Of a stretch of DNA of 64,000 nt, positions 1-12,596 are shown piece after piece. Position 1 is the first letter of the stretch. Every line of letters starts with the position of its first letter. The stretch lies in contig NC_043010.1 in the NCBI RefSeq assembly GCF_006345805.1, forward strand, positions 43,586,001 to 43,650,000, given 5' to 3'. The translations under genes were made by a program, and so were the position numbers. The DNA is from Octopus sinensis (taxonomy: Eukaryota). The notes below the pieces were generated by a model that worked only from the letters and a program-made list of their open reading frames with translations, searched no databases and had not been told where the DNA came from.

Positions 1-332
1 GCGATGATGCTAACGAGGTGGTGATGGAGTACCAAAATGAAGATTCTGCTGGCGGTGTTGGTAGTGATGGTGGCAGTCACCGTCGTAGTGCAGATGTGCT
101 ATCACAACCGTTTTTCGTATTAATATTGTTGGTAGCGTTGTTTAGTTTTTGCTTACCGAGTCCTGACAAGAATTGAATGAATCACTAATGTTGTTGCAAT
201 CTTGTATTGCAATCCAGAATTGATAAACCAAGTACCACTAAATACCAGGTATGTACCTGTATTTAACGACGATACAACTCCTCAACAATGTGTGTGGCCT
301 TAAAAGAAAGCTTTATTTTAAATTATGAAAAA

Positions 333-550
333 GCGGCGAGTTGGCAGAATCATTAGCACGCCGGGCAAAATACTTAGCGGCATTTTGTCCGTTTTCACGT
401 TCTGAGTTCGAATTCCTCTGGGGTCAACTTCGCCTTTCATGCTTTTGCGGTCGATAAATTAAGGAACAGTGAAACACTGGGGTCGATGTAATTGACTAGT
501 CAACTTTCTCCAAATTTCAGGCCTTGTGCCTTTAGTAGAAAAGATTATTA
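333..550 (+). mobile_element. tRNA-derived SINE, short family A
   Basis: Starts GCGGCGAGTTGGCAGAATCATTAGCACGCCGGGC, has a B-box-like GAGTTCGAATTC, and matches the copies at 23.8, 29.3, 32.0, 35.4, 49.0 and 51.9 kb. Confidence 0.85.
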
Positions 551-672
551 CAAATTATAATATTTTCCCCGAATTGCATGTATTTACAACATCAAGCTCA
601 CCTCCATGTACTTCATCTTTATTGTATATACTCTTTTATTCTTTTACTTATTTCAGTCATTAGACTGCGGTC

Positions 673-820
673 GAAGAAGAAGAAGAAGAAGAAGAAGAAG
701 AAGGAGTAGGAGGAGGAAGGAAAGGAGGAAGTAGGAGGAGGTGAGGAGGAGGAGGAGAGGAAAGGGAGGAGGAGGAGAAGAAAAGAAGAAGAAGAAGAAG
801 AAGAAGAAGAAGAAGAAGAA

Positions 821-850
<30 letters not shown>
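673..850 (+). repeat. (GAA)n/(GGA)n microsatellite, preceded by a minus-strand SINE family B tail (631-672)
   Basis: Directly visible. TTTCAGTCATTAGACTGCGG matches the tail of the 38.8-kb SINE. Confidence 0.9.
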
Positions 851-852
<2 letters not shown>

Positions 853-859
853 ACCGAGG

Positions 860-1325
860 TGAAATCGAAGTGACGACTTTATGTTCAACATGCGCTCTGT
901 CTGAAAATTCCATTATTTTATCCGCAGTTGTTGCTAGCTGGTCCACGGAACTGACCTCTAATATAGGCGCTAAAATCGATTGAACATTCCTTGGGAGACG
1001 AAAAAAGAAGAGTTGTTTGACCAGAGAACTATCTTCTGGCGAAGCCTCTGTTAACTAGCAAATTCTACACAAAAATGATGAACATCTGTTACTTAGATGT
1101 TCATTTTTAATTTCCTGCTTGGTGGACAAATATGTAGCGTCAGCAGGAGTATCCGTTATTAAGTCCTTAATGTGCACAGCGAGTGCCCATGGAATCGCAC
1201 TGAGCACAATATGTAATTGCTGCTGAAGGGACTGGATTCTTGCCGCACGAAAATGAGATTCGACCTGGGTGAAACATAATTTAACGTCACCATTATAAAA
1301 TGACATGGTCGAAGGATCCATAGCT
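860..1325 (-). pseudogene. Gypsy LTR retrotransposon gag N-terminal remnant
   Basis: SFYNGDVKLCFTQVESHFRAARIQ..IKDLITDTPADATYLSTKQEI and DQLATTADKIMEF resemble the Gypsy gag patterns FWxxxPxxWFxQxExxF..DxIxxPPxxxPYxxLK and LAxxADKIxE. Frameshifted. Confidence 0.7.
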
Positions 1326-1794
1326 GAAATTTTGTAGAAAAACGCCGGAAAGAAAACGAATTCAGGCGCCAAACTGGTAGATACGACAATTTGTGTTAAA
1401 CGAACTGGTTGGTATTCACAACTTCTCGGTCGGAATTTCAACTAGTTCTAATTCATTTTGTTTGAAACAAAAGTGTGAAGAAAATATTTCTACACCAAAA
1501 CATGAGTTAAAACCTGTATCTCCTGGAAAAATTCGAAGGCAGAAAGTTCTTTAGACAGGGTCATCAATTTTTAGAGAGAGTTATCAGATTAGTTACTAAT
1601 TTTTGTTGAGGAAACCCAGTTGGTCTAGGTGATAATCCCACTAAAATAAATATCGAAACTAAAGGAGTAAAATAACAGCTTTCTAAGTTTAACTCAGTGT
1701 TTATTGAAAGCCGAATGTTTTCCGCTATGTTCGCACGAAAACAATAAATATAAGGGAGAGAGAAAAGTTTTGTTCCTAATGCTTTTGTTTAACT

Positions 1795-2160
1795 CATTCT
1801 GCTACAATTTCTTTAAGATAACATTTGTCATACTTTCCAAGTTTGTGTACTTACGAGTCAGTGGGTCTTCGGTAAACGAAAATGGTTTTAAACCAACACA
1901 TACCCACTCAATCCAACCATAAACATTTAAGGCCAAGCGACTGACCAAATTACTTCTTGGTGAAAGAAAACTCAATAAAGATGGTTGTCCAGTTCATTGT
2001 GTAGTAGAATGCTCTGGATACTGGTTTTTATATTATTCATATTTGTCCATCTAGTTCCTTTTTCTGGGTCAACTTTTTTCGATACTTGCATTTCCATACA
2101 TGTTCATTGTCTGTTTGGTTAAAATATTTTCTGACGATTTGCCCGTTTTCCCGCGGCATG
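1795..2160 (-). pseudogene. hAT-like transposase remnant (decayed BED finger plus following conserved block)
   Basis: Manual translation: KYFNQTDNEHVWKCKYRKKLTQKKGTRWTN ... NVYGWIEWVCVGLKPFSFTEDPLTRKYTNLESM, with stops and frameshifts. Confidence 0.6.
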
Positions 2161-2799
2161 GGTTAGTTTAAAATGAAAGATATTTCGCCACATTTTAAAA
2201 TAGAAGATACTTCGCCATTCCACGGATGACGGTCTGATTCAGTTAATATGTTGGAGCAGAATTCAAGATACAACCGCACTGCATGAGAAGTTACGATTTA
2301 ATGACTTGAAAATAGAGTGTGTGAATCATTCTCGGCAATCAAAACCAAGAATCACTCGGCAGCGATTATTTGACAACATACACAATAGTCAATTCCTAAG
2401 CACGACAGAATGTATGGATCATTCTCAGTAGTCAGAACAAAGCGTCAATACGATACCTCAAATAATAATAGAACGCTATAATTGCCAAATGAACGTCGAA
2501 TGAAGTATGAGCCATTTGAAAAACTTTCGCTGACAATGTTGCAATTAATTGATATGATAGCAATCAATTATATAATTGGAGTACGACTCCAGTCAATTAA
2601 TTGGACCCAGTATAGTATTGCAATTAATTTTTCATCAATTTTTTACAACCCTTGCTCGCGATAATGAATTGTGTGATATGGCTTCACAATCATGGATTGT
2701 GCTATATGTATGATAGGCATGCTAACAATAGAGCTTTTTTGTGGGGTGGATATACAGGACTGTTTTAATTTTTAATCCCCACATTTTATTGGAATACCT

Positions 2800-3200
2800 A
2801 TGATGGCTGTATAGTAACAAGCTTGCTTCCCAACAACGTGGTTCTGGGTCAGTCCCACTATGTGGCACCTTGGGCAAGTGTCTTCTACTATAGCCTCGGG
2901 CCAACCAAAGTCTTGTGAATGGATTTGGTAGACGGAAACTGAAAGAAGTAGGTCTATGTGTATGTGTGTGCGCGCGTGTTTGTTTGTCCCCCATCATCGC
3001 TTGACAATCGGTGCTAATGTGTTTATGTCCCCATAACCTAGCGGCTCGGCAAAAATGTTCGATAGAATAAGTACCAGACTTTTTAAAAAATGAATAAATA
3101 TTGGGCTCGATTTATTTGACTAAATATTCTTTAAGGTGGTCATCCAACACGGCCACAGTTTAATGACTAAATAAGTAAAAAAATAAATAAATAAAGATAA
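2800..3200 (+). mobile_element. tRNA-derived SINE, long family B (Nin/Deu-domain-like core)
   Basis: Core ACCTTGGGCAAGTGTCTTCTACTATAGCC..GTGAATGGATTTGGTAGACGGAAACTGAAAGAAG is shared with the copies at 12.3, 38.8, 43.7 and 50.5 kb. Confidence 0.85.
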
Positions 3201-3554
3201 GGTGTATACTTAGTTTTCCGAGCTCTTTCAAGAGATGTTTTCTCTGATAATTTTTCTCGAATGACGTAAACACCTGAATGCTTTTCCCATGTATCTCTTA
3301 GTATGTATACCTTATCTCAGAATATGCCCAATATTTTCAAAGTCTATGAAAATTGCTTGCACCACTTGCTTTCTGCAACAGACTTGCCTCATGAAAGAAC
3401 TTGAGTAGAAAGACACCAAAAAGGAAGATTCGGTGTTGTAGATTGACGTGATAGAAATAGTAACCAAATTACCCTTAATTTTCAAAGGGTGCATTAAATA
3501 ATATAGTCTTTCACATCCCTAAAAAGACTAGACAGTCACGACTGGAATGCCTTT

Positions 3555-3726
3555 GCTTGCGACCATATGTTAAAAGCGTAGATTCTCATCCGGCTAAGCT
3601 ATGTTGCGCCTACTTAGTACTTAGAGGTAACTGACCGGTAAAGATAGGTGCTGTAAATATCACCTTTAAATGGTGGTGCCTCGTTTGGCTTCAGCTAAAG
3701 GTCTGAAACAGGTAAAATAGAGTATG
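3555..3726 (+). mobile_element. 5S rRNA-derived head with SINE-like tail (SINE3-like or 5S pseudogene)
   Basis: GCTTGCGACCATAT..GATTCTCATCCG..GCTAAGCTATGTTGCGCCTACTTAGTACTTAGAGG..TGACCG..AGGTGCTGTA aligns with metazoan 5S rRNA. It is followed by GGTGGTGCCTC..CTGAAACAGGTAAAA, similar to the family B tail. Confidence 0.65.
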
Positions 3727-5336
3727 AAGGAAAGGTCTGCTAGATTAAGATTGACTCCCAAGTTAAATAACAACGAAAACAAAGACTACTACTATTGATG
3801 TGGAAACACTCTCCATAGCAATAACAGACCTTGCCTGGGTATATTCCCATAAAACTCGAGAATGATATCAATATCGACCAAATGATTGGCAAATTTTGAA
3901 GTCTTGGTCGTTATGTCACAATCCATTTCGAATGTGATACTTTTGTGGTGCAAGAGCAAAAGATATGAACGAAGATATCTCAGTAAGAGATCAGCAGTTA
4001 GCTATTACATGTCATCAAGATATCACCTTCCTAATTAGCAGGATGCTGTTGCTAGAATACCATACAACATCGTTAGAAAGGATAATCTTCCCGGAATAAT
4101 ACAACAAGTATTTCGGACATTCAGTACGTTCTTATCTTCCAATATAGACTATACAGGTAAAATATTCCAATCAAAATCTCTACTAAATGCTAAAACAACA
4201 GGTCTGAAGTAGGGCTTTTTTCTTTCTTTCTTGTATTATTGTGAGTTCAACTAGTCAGTGTTTAGGAACATTTCACTCAAAATAAATGAAAAAGAAATAA
4301 GTTTAAAAACCTATAACTTCTTCCCTCTTCTCGTTAATATAAATTTAGGTGCCTAATCATTGGTTATACTGCTAATTGTTTATATAGTCTCGAAACTTTA
4401 GGCATTGAAAATATTTGAAACTTTTTTTTTTTACAGAATTCGCTTTGTTGCCTAAAATCCAATAGTGGGTCTTTGATTGTTAGTTTAAAAATAAACTTTT
4501 TTATGCGATGAGTTCAAAGGAAAAAAAAGATCATATATACATAAAATGAGATTACTAGCAGCGCACAAAATGTTTTATAAGACTGTCGTTGCTTATAAAA
4601 TGTTCTGACTCAATGCCGACTGTAAGGAACGAGACGTCTTTGCGATTGAAATACGGTCTCTCTTTCGTTTAGTCATCAACAATCATAAAGTCCACAAGAC
4701 TTGGTAGTACTTATCATAAGCACTTATCTTACAGCCTCTTAGATTATTAGTGGACATTTCGTACCATTTTTCATATTATTGATAGTTTTTTTTTTTGTGC
4801 ACACTCATTCTCAAAATTTAAGAAAATTATGTAAGCTTTTGCTGTTAAAATACGGGGCGTGTATGCATTGTGACAATACTACTGACAGAGTTTGAAAATA
4901 CAGTTTCATTTGGAATAGAAGATGTGGAGATGGATAAGCGAAATAATAAACAGGAAACTGGCGCAAAAACACAATTTGGACACTTATAAATAATTTCTGT
5001 TTCATCTTATTCCTTGAGACCACTATGACAAGCAATCAAGAAAAACGTTATCTTTTTATATTCTCTTTCTTTCGTTATAGCTTCTATTTGCATATCAAGT
5101 TTGGCAATGGTGACATCAGTTTTAAGAGAACGTTGGACAATTGCCAGAATACTGACAGTTAAAAAGATCACAACGAAATTTCGTTCAAGCTCCATGTTTA
5201 GTCAATAATTTTCAATATATTGTCATTTTGTTGCCAAATTATTTTTACTGTTTTTCACTTCGAATTCTCAACGCTGCCTAACAATGGGAAAATCACGAGC
5301 CAAACACTAAGACTATATGTGTGTGTGTGTGTACAA

Positions 5337-5392
<56 letters not shown>

Positions 5393-5459
5393 AGATAGAG
5401 AGAGAGAGAGAGAGCTGGCAGCACTAGGTCTTGTTCGAGATATATACTTATAAAGTGAC

Positions 5460-5944
5460 ACACAGTTACTGAAATCGTAAAGAGGAAAACCATTAGTTTT
5501 GATGTCATCAATCTTTATACCAATATACATCACACTTTAGGCCTAGAAGCAGTCAAGCACTGGGTAGAGAAACATATAGGACAGATAAATGAACGCTTCA
5601 AGACTGACTTCATCACGAAGGCCACACGCCTGGTACTAGAAGAAAATACCTTTAGATTCGATAAAACATATCGACAGTTAAAGGCACGGCTATGGGGACC
5701 CGGTTAGCACCCTCATATGCGAACTTAGTCATGGGATAGTTGGGAAAAAACTTTATAAGGAAGTAGAGAAAACTTTTGATCGGGAGTGCAAGAAATATAT
5801 CATTAAAAAGTGGAAACGCTTCCTTGATGATTGCTTTATCTTTTGGGACAGATCAAATGAGGACCTAAGTATATATAACAATATGCTGAACACCCCTCTA
5901 TCAAATTCACGGCAGAATTCGGTTGCAATGAATTGCCATTCCTG
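5460..5944 (+). pseudogene. Penelope-like element reverse transcriptase fragment
   Basis: Translates to SFDVINLYTNIHHTLGLEAV..GTAMGTRLAPSYANLVMG..WKRFLDDCFIFW..IKFTAEF..ELPFL, with frameshifts. Confidence 0.85.
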
Positions 5945-6072
5945 AGTGGACTGGAGCAACGTGAAATAAAGTGTTTTGTTCAAGAACAACAACGCATCAC
6001 CCAGTCCAGGAATCGATATCACAATCTTAGAATTAGCAGTCCAACACTTCAACCACTAAGCCGCGCAACACC
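5943..6072 (-). mobile_element. tRNA-derived SINE head, family C
   Basis: Reverse strand reads GCGCGGCTTAGTGGTT..TCGATTCCTGGACTGGG..GTTGCTCCAGTCCACTCA, the same family as 8720-8977. Confidence 0.75.
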
Positions 6073-6133
6073 ATCTATAATTAATACATGTATATAATTC
6101 TTTCCTCCTGCTATAGATAGCATTTGAGGGATA

Positions 6134-6135
<2 letters not shown>

Positions 6136-6186
<51 letters not shown>

Positions 6187-6211
6187 AGAAGAAGAAGAAG
6201 AAAAAGAAGAA

Positions 6212-6285
<74 letters not shown>

Positions 6286-6395
6286 GGAAGAAGAAGAAGA
6301 AGAAGAACAAGAACAAGAACAAGAACAAGAAGAAGAAGAAGAGAGGAGGAGGAAGAAGAAGAAGAAGAAGAAGAAGAAGAAGAAGAAGAAGAAGA
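6136..6395 (+). repeat. (ATT)n followed by (GAA)n microsatellite
   Basis: Directly visible. Confidence 0.95.
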
Positions 6396-6679
6396 AACAG
6401 CAACAACAACAAACATGTCTACGATTAATATTGTTGACGCTAAATGTAAATATTTAGTGAAATAAAGTGATAAACTGATATTGTAATATATCGACATTGA
6501 TGGCAAAGATAACGATTGCTGGGGAGGATGATTAGTAACAATGCTAATGTTTTGGTCATGGGTGTTGGTTTTTGCTGACGTTATGTCGTGGGTGGGGGGG
6601 GGGGCTGCAAAGATTGTCCTGATGGTTTTTATGGGGGGGTGTTTTGGTTGTAGTAGCTGTTGTAACGAACAGGATCGTC

Positions 6680-6801
6680 ATTATTACTGTTGTTGTTGTT
6701 GTGTTTTGGTTGTTGATGTTGATGTTGTTATTATTTGGTGGTGGTGGTGGTGGTGGTGGTGTTGTTGGTGTTGTTGTTGTTGGTGGTGGTGTTGGTGGTG
6801 G

Positions 6802-6832
<31 letters not shown>

Positions 6833-6980
6833 GGTGGTGGTGGTGGTGGTGTTGTTGGTGGTGTTGTTGTTGTTTTGGTTGTTGATGTTGATGTTGTTGT
6901 TGTTATTATTGGTGGTGGTGGTGGTGGTGTTGTTGGTGTTGGTGTTGTTGTTGGTGGTGGTGGTGGTGGTGGTGTTGTTT

Positions 6981-7012
<32 letters not shown>

Positions 7013-7101
7013 GGTGGTGTTGTTGGTGGTGTTGTTGTTGTTGTTGTTTTGGTTGTTGATGTTGATGTTGTTGTTGTTATTATTGGTGTTGTTGGTGTTG
7101 G

Positions 7102-7132
<31 letters not shown>

Positions 7133-7510
7133 GGTGGTGTTTTTGTTGTTGTTGTTTTGGTTGTTGATGTTGATGTTGTTATTATTGGTGGTGGTGGTGG
7201 TGGTGGTGTTGTTGTTGTTGTTGTTGTTGTTTTGTTTTGTTTTGTTGATGTTGTTGTTGTTATTATTGGTGGTGGTGGTGGTGGTGGCATTGTTGTTGTT
7301 GGTGGTGGTGTTGGTGTTGTTGTTGTTGGTGGTGGTGGTGTTGTTGTTGTTGTTGTGGCGGTGGTGGTGGTGGTGGAGGTGGTGGTGGTGGTAGTGTTGT
7401 TGTTGGTGTTGTTGTTGGTGTTGTTGTTGTTGTGGTTGTTGTTGTTGTTGTGGTGGTGGTGGTGGTGGTGGTGGTGGTGGTGACGGCGGCGGCGGCGGCG
7501 GTGGTGGTGG
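6680..7510 (+). repeat. Compound (GTT)/(GGT) triplet array with a higher-order unit
   Basis: TTTTGGTTGTTGATGTTGATGTTGTT..ATTATTGGTGGT recurs about five times. Confidence 0.9.
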
Positions 7511-7799
7511 TGAGACAATGGTTTGGAAATAGTTTGATAACCTAGTGATCGGGTGACGACAGCAGTTGAAATTTCTTTGATCATTTTCTGTGACGTCCAC
7601 CAACGATGGAAAAACTGCAAGTCGTTAACCGAATGCTGAAGAACTATCCAAATTAATGCAGCGAGCTTTCATCTTCAAGGAATGTCAACTTGTTTTGCGC
7701 TTGTAATCATATGTAAAAATACTGGCTCATCATACCTACACATGAACACACGCGCACATCTCTGTCTGTAGAAGTGTGCGCGCTTTTACATACACAGAT

Positions 7800-8425
7800 G
7801 CTAACATACATGCACACATACATACACACATACACACATACACACACACAAACAAACATATGTTAAAGCTCACACATTAAAATCACTCTGGAAAGACGAG
7901 ACAAACAGAATACATGCCTATCTGCATACACTCGTTCTCACACTGACATTTACAGAAGCATACATGCAAATGTTCAGAAGAGCATATACATGTTCGTTCA
8001 TTGTGGAGTGTCCACATTTGAGTTGGCGTTTGTGAGTGTATGTTTTAATATTATATATATATATATATATATAATATATATATATACATACACACATACA
8101 TACATGCATACATTCATACATACATACATACATACATACATTCATACATACATGCATACATACATACATACATGCATACATACATACATACATACATACA
8201 TACATACATACATACATACGTACATACATACATACGTACATACATACATACATACATACATACATACATACATACATACATACATACATACATACATACG
8301 TACATACATACATACGTACATACATACATACATACATACGTACATACATACATACATACATACATACATACATACATACATACATACATACATACATACA
8401 TACATACATACATACATACATACAT
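7800..8425 (+). repeat. (TACA)n microsatellite with TA/CA flanks
   Basis: Directly visible. Confidence 0.95.
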
Positions 8426-8719
8426 AGAAGCTGGAGGGTTATGTTCAAATATTCTAAAATATCTGGTTAGAGCTATACAGAGGGATCGCGGAAACTAATA
8501 ATATATATAAATATGTTTGCATGTGCGCGTGTATGAGTGTGTATTTGTGTGTGCGTGTGAGTAAGTGAGAGAGAGAGAGAGAGAGAGAGAAAGGGAGAAA
8601 GAGATAGATATATAACTGAATTGATTTGGAAGCATCATATATTTGTTTTTAGTGATAACACTATAGCTGTTGGAACATAAGTGACTCAGTGACTCTCATA
8701 ACCAGGAGTTAGGGATAGA

Positions 8720-8977
8720 ATAAAGATAAAAGTAAGGGTTACCTTCTCGAGTCATGCCGACTCATAAAAGCCGGTTTCCCGGTTTCCGTGGCGCATAAAT
8801 ACTCCACCTGAACGGTCCGCCGGTCCGCCGGAAGATTACTCATTTTTTTCCCAGCTGAATAGATAGGAAATGAAGTGTTTTGCTCAAGAACACAACGCGT
8901 CATCCGGTCCAGGAATGGAAGCCACAATCTTATAATCATGAGTCCAACACCCTAATCACTAAGCCACGCGGCCCCTC
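8720..8977 (-). mobile_element. tRNA-derived SINE, family C
   Basis: Reverse strand GCGTGGCTTAGTGATTAGGGTGTTGGACTCATG..CCTGGACCGGATGACGCGTTGTGTTCTTGAGCAAAACAC. Confidence 0.8.
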
Positions 8978-8984
8978 GAATAGA

Positions 8985-9270
8985 ATCATGTGCCTTTTTA
9001 GAGCCCTGGCCACAGTATCATCAGATTCCGGCGATGCTGTTTCGCCTCCTTCAGAAGAACTTGACTGATGAGATTCTCAATACAGCTTTAGACTCCCTTT
9101 GTTTCTTCCTTAGTAACACTAAATCGCTTGTTACACTGATCTTGGAGAAATGCATTGAAATAACCATTACTATAGGATACAGGTGTCTCTTGGCTCTTAG
9201 CCACTGGTTTCTTCGTGCAACTTTATCTCCTAAACTATAACAAGCCCGTTGTGTAAGCATTTTCTACCAA
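8985..9270 (-). pseudogene. R4/Dong-clade non-LTR retrotransposon RT fragment
   Basis: LISQVLLKEAKQHRRNLMILW..KAHDSI resembles ILKEAKxRRRNLSMAWIDYKKAYDSV. Confidence 0.55.
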
Positions 9271-9292
9271 AAAGTGTTGGACGTGTGTGTGC

Positions 9293-9379
<87 letters not shown>

Positions 9380-9719
9380 TGTGTCTGTGTCTGTGTCCTT
9401 AACAACGGAAATATTTTCCACATATATCCTACTTTTTTTTTATGGCCGGGTTCCAACCCGGGCCGCAGCAACAAAGTCCACCTACTACACCCCTCGGTCC
9501 AACATCACTGCCTCGAGGTTCTGGATACATTTCAGGCCAGTGTCTGCGATCAAGTTGTCGATTTAAATGTGATAACGTTTTCCTCTTCTTACATCACCAT
9601 GAAGTGGATCCCACAAGACTAATTTGTACTCTTCCAGCTCAATGGTGATGCACGCAGCGACCAGATAGTCGCAGCCGTCTTTGCCTGATCTTCTCACTAA
9701 CTTTTGGTAGGTCTCCATA

Positions 9720-10260
9720 AAGTCATTTGTTTATCATATGTTGTTGCCATTTCACATTTAGGGTCATTCGTAGCATCCCTATATAGCAACCATCTAGCCC
9801 GTTTCATAATTTCTTTGTCTGTGTCAGTGTCTTTCTTATGGAGGGCATCGATTATTAAGGCAGCTGATGATTACATGTGCATTATCTTCCACGTAAATGT
9901 AACAAAATCGACATTTTCGATTGCATCTTGAGGTTTTAAAACTTCACCATATCTTGTCCAGTCGGTATTTTGTAGCTGTCTCCTGATCTTGGATTGCAAA
10001 AGTAAGCTCTTCGAAATGTTACAGTTTCGAGTCCAAAGAAAGCTAGGCTTCTTGTCAATGTTAGCATCATCCATGCATGAACTGTTTCTGTGGTGGTAGA
10101 AGTGCAAACTGCTTCTCTTCCACCCCGTCAGAAATTCTGATTACGTGAAAAGTCACTAAGAAGTAAATATTTCTTGAAGAGTTTACTTCTCAAAGATTAG
10201 ATGGTCTCCTTTCTGCTCCCTCTTTTCTTCTCGGATAGAGCTGGTCATTATCATTATTCT
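9720..10260 (-). pseudogene. R4/Dong-clade C-terminal fragment with CCHC knuckle
   Basis: Across frames: DQLYPRRKEG, FAIQDQETATKY, KCRFCYIYVEDNAHVIISC. Confidence 0.65.
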
Positions 10261-10737
10261 GCGGAAGCTTTCAGTTTATATCACAATCCTCCGGGCTTTA
10301 ATATCCATGTAGTGGATTTCTTCTACAGACTAATCAAGTGTACGAAACGTTGCTACCTGCGTTAAAATTGCTAATGCCTAGCTAGATATAAAATTGCAAA
10401 TGCCTAGCCGGACTGTTTTAGTATAGTCAGTCTATCTTATGGGACATCACTTTTATGTGATACATTTCCATCATTATCTCAGCGTTTGTAGTATCTTGTG
10501 CAGAGCAGTGGAAATAGAAAGACCGTTGATGCAAAGGTTGGTTTGAGGTTTGAAAAGTTTTCCATGTTCATAATCAACTCCGAATATTATCTTTGACCAA
10601 ATTCGACCCCTATAGCATCTTAAATATTGTCACCTAATCGAGATGCTTCTCAGCGTAGGGAGTATTTCTATAATATATTGTTCCCAAAAAAAAATTATAG
10701 ACTGCACTGGTGTGTTTTTTCTATTGTTGAACGTAAC

Positions 10738-11047
10738 GCAATGTAATGAACATTTTTAACAAATAGGCCTACCTTCAGGATGGAATATGAAGGCAGCTAA
10801 TACATATCCCAATAACAATTGATTTCATGCCGTGTAGTTATCGTAGAATTGGTGGTTTTCGAAGCTTTCTCTTTGATTTTTAATAAGCGGTATCTTTACC
10901 CTTCTTTTCTTCAAATATTTTATATTATACCTGTTTAGGTAGAATTCAGGCTAGCCACCTCATTATTACTGTTTTTAACAGTAATAATACTTCACATATT
11001 TACTTTTTATTGTTTAAGATATTTTTTCTCTTTAAACGGAGTGGGAC
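10738..11047 (+). repeat. Dispersed copy of the 14561-14871 repeat
   Basis: Near-identical 310-bp match from GCAATGTAATGAAC to CGGAGTGGGAC. Confidence 0.9.
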
Positions 11048-12223
11048 AATATCACATTGGACTTTTTATGAAAGAAATAACAGTAAATTAAGTGTCAGAA
11101 GCACTGACAATTTGTCTCGTTGGAATATTCCTTTTGAAAGATATGTGACATCGGAGAAAATTGCCTGATTTTTACTTACGAGTGTGATGGTTATTGAGCA
11201 ATTGCAGTAAATTAAGGCATTAAGTACTTTCGCAACGTCCAGCAACTTCAGTAACTATGAGAGGACACTAGAATTGATGACTTTTCTGTAATCAAGCCAC
11301 ACTAATAAAAATCCTGCGGTGATTTCGTACTTAAAGCAGCACAGCTTTATTGTTTAAAGTTTTTCGATACATTGAAGTAATTAGTTGAGAGTGCTTGTGT
11401 ATATTTAATGAATAATGTTTCAGCAAGAAATGAATTTGTAAGAATTAACACTTCCTTCTCCAAGCCTAGATTCGAAACCGAGTCCAAGAATTCTCGGCCG
11501 TCCAAACCACGACGATCAACAGGCGCGAAAAAAGGTTTTCTTTGTCCCGTCAAAAATTGATTGATCATCTCCCTTTGACCTGCGACCCCAGCATGTCAAG
11601 CGAAGTTCAACTGGACAGGGGCTGACCTATTTAGGTACACACTCTACTGCAGTATGTCTGTCTTTCTAGCTGCCACGATTTATTATAAATACGCTGGTAA
11701 AACAAGAAGGGCAGGCAGACGAACGAGGCAGACAAACGTGAAAGGTCTACGATACGACCGAAGGTTTTGGCAGACCGCAGAGACCGAGAGAAATGTTTCG
11801 AAGTGCCACGATAGACTACTGTCTCAAATGAACCACGCACACACGCACACACACAACCATATTCATTCCTGATATGACTTCCACAAATGTACTCTGTATT
11901 TCTAGCAACTCGTAGCACTTGCCAACATTTTGTATGTAGTGTACCTATAACGAATCAAATCCTGTACATAAATTCTTTTCAATTATGGATCGGAATACGT
12001 ATTTGTTTACATACATATTCCATTTGCATCTATGTTCCATGATGTACACCTAACCACTACAAATTTATTGTTTCCTGACAAATAAGCGTTTTCATTCTTC
12101 GCTACAATGTTTGCCCGTGCATTGGCAATTTTGTATGTATGTATGTATGTATGTATGTATGTATGTATGTATGTATGTATGTATGTATGTATGTGTGTGT
12201 GTATGTATGTATGTATATATGTA

Positions 12224-12254
<31 letters not shown>

Positions 12255-12330
12255 ATGTATGTATGTATGTATGTATGTATGTATGTATGTATGTATGTAT
12301 GTATGAATTTATATATGTATGTATATATGC

Positions 12331-12475
12331 ACATAGTTCCCGGTTCAGTCCCACTGCGTGGTACCTTGGGCAAGTGTCTTCTATAGCTTCGACCAAAGCC
12401 TTGTGAGTGGATTTGATAGACGGAAACTGAGAGGCCCGTCGTATGTATTATATATTGATAAATAGATAGATAGAT

Positions 12476-12548
<73 letters not shown>

Positions 12549-12549
12549 G

Positions 12550-12596
<47 letters not shown>

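Noticed and set aside
3555-3658. Functional 5S rRNA gene
   Set aside because: Many substitutions and deletions, no T-run terminator, and a SINE-like tail follows.
4811-5195. Two short minus-strand ORFs (74 and 62 aa)
   Set aside because: No recognisable motif or splice context; consistent with chance.
11347-11568. 73-aa ORF MINQFLTGQRKPFFAPV..
   Set aside because: No recognisable homology or exon boundaries.
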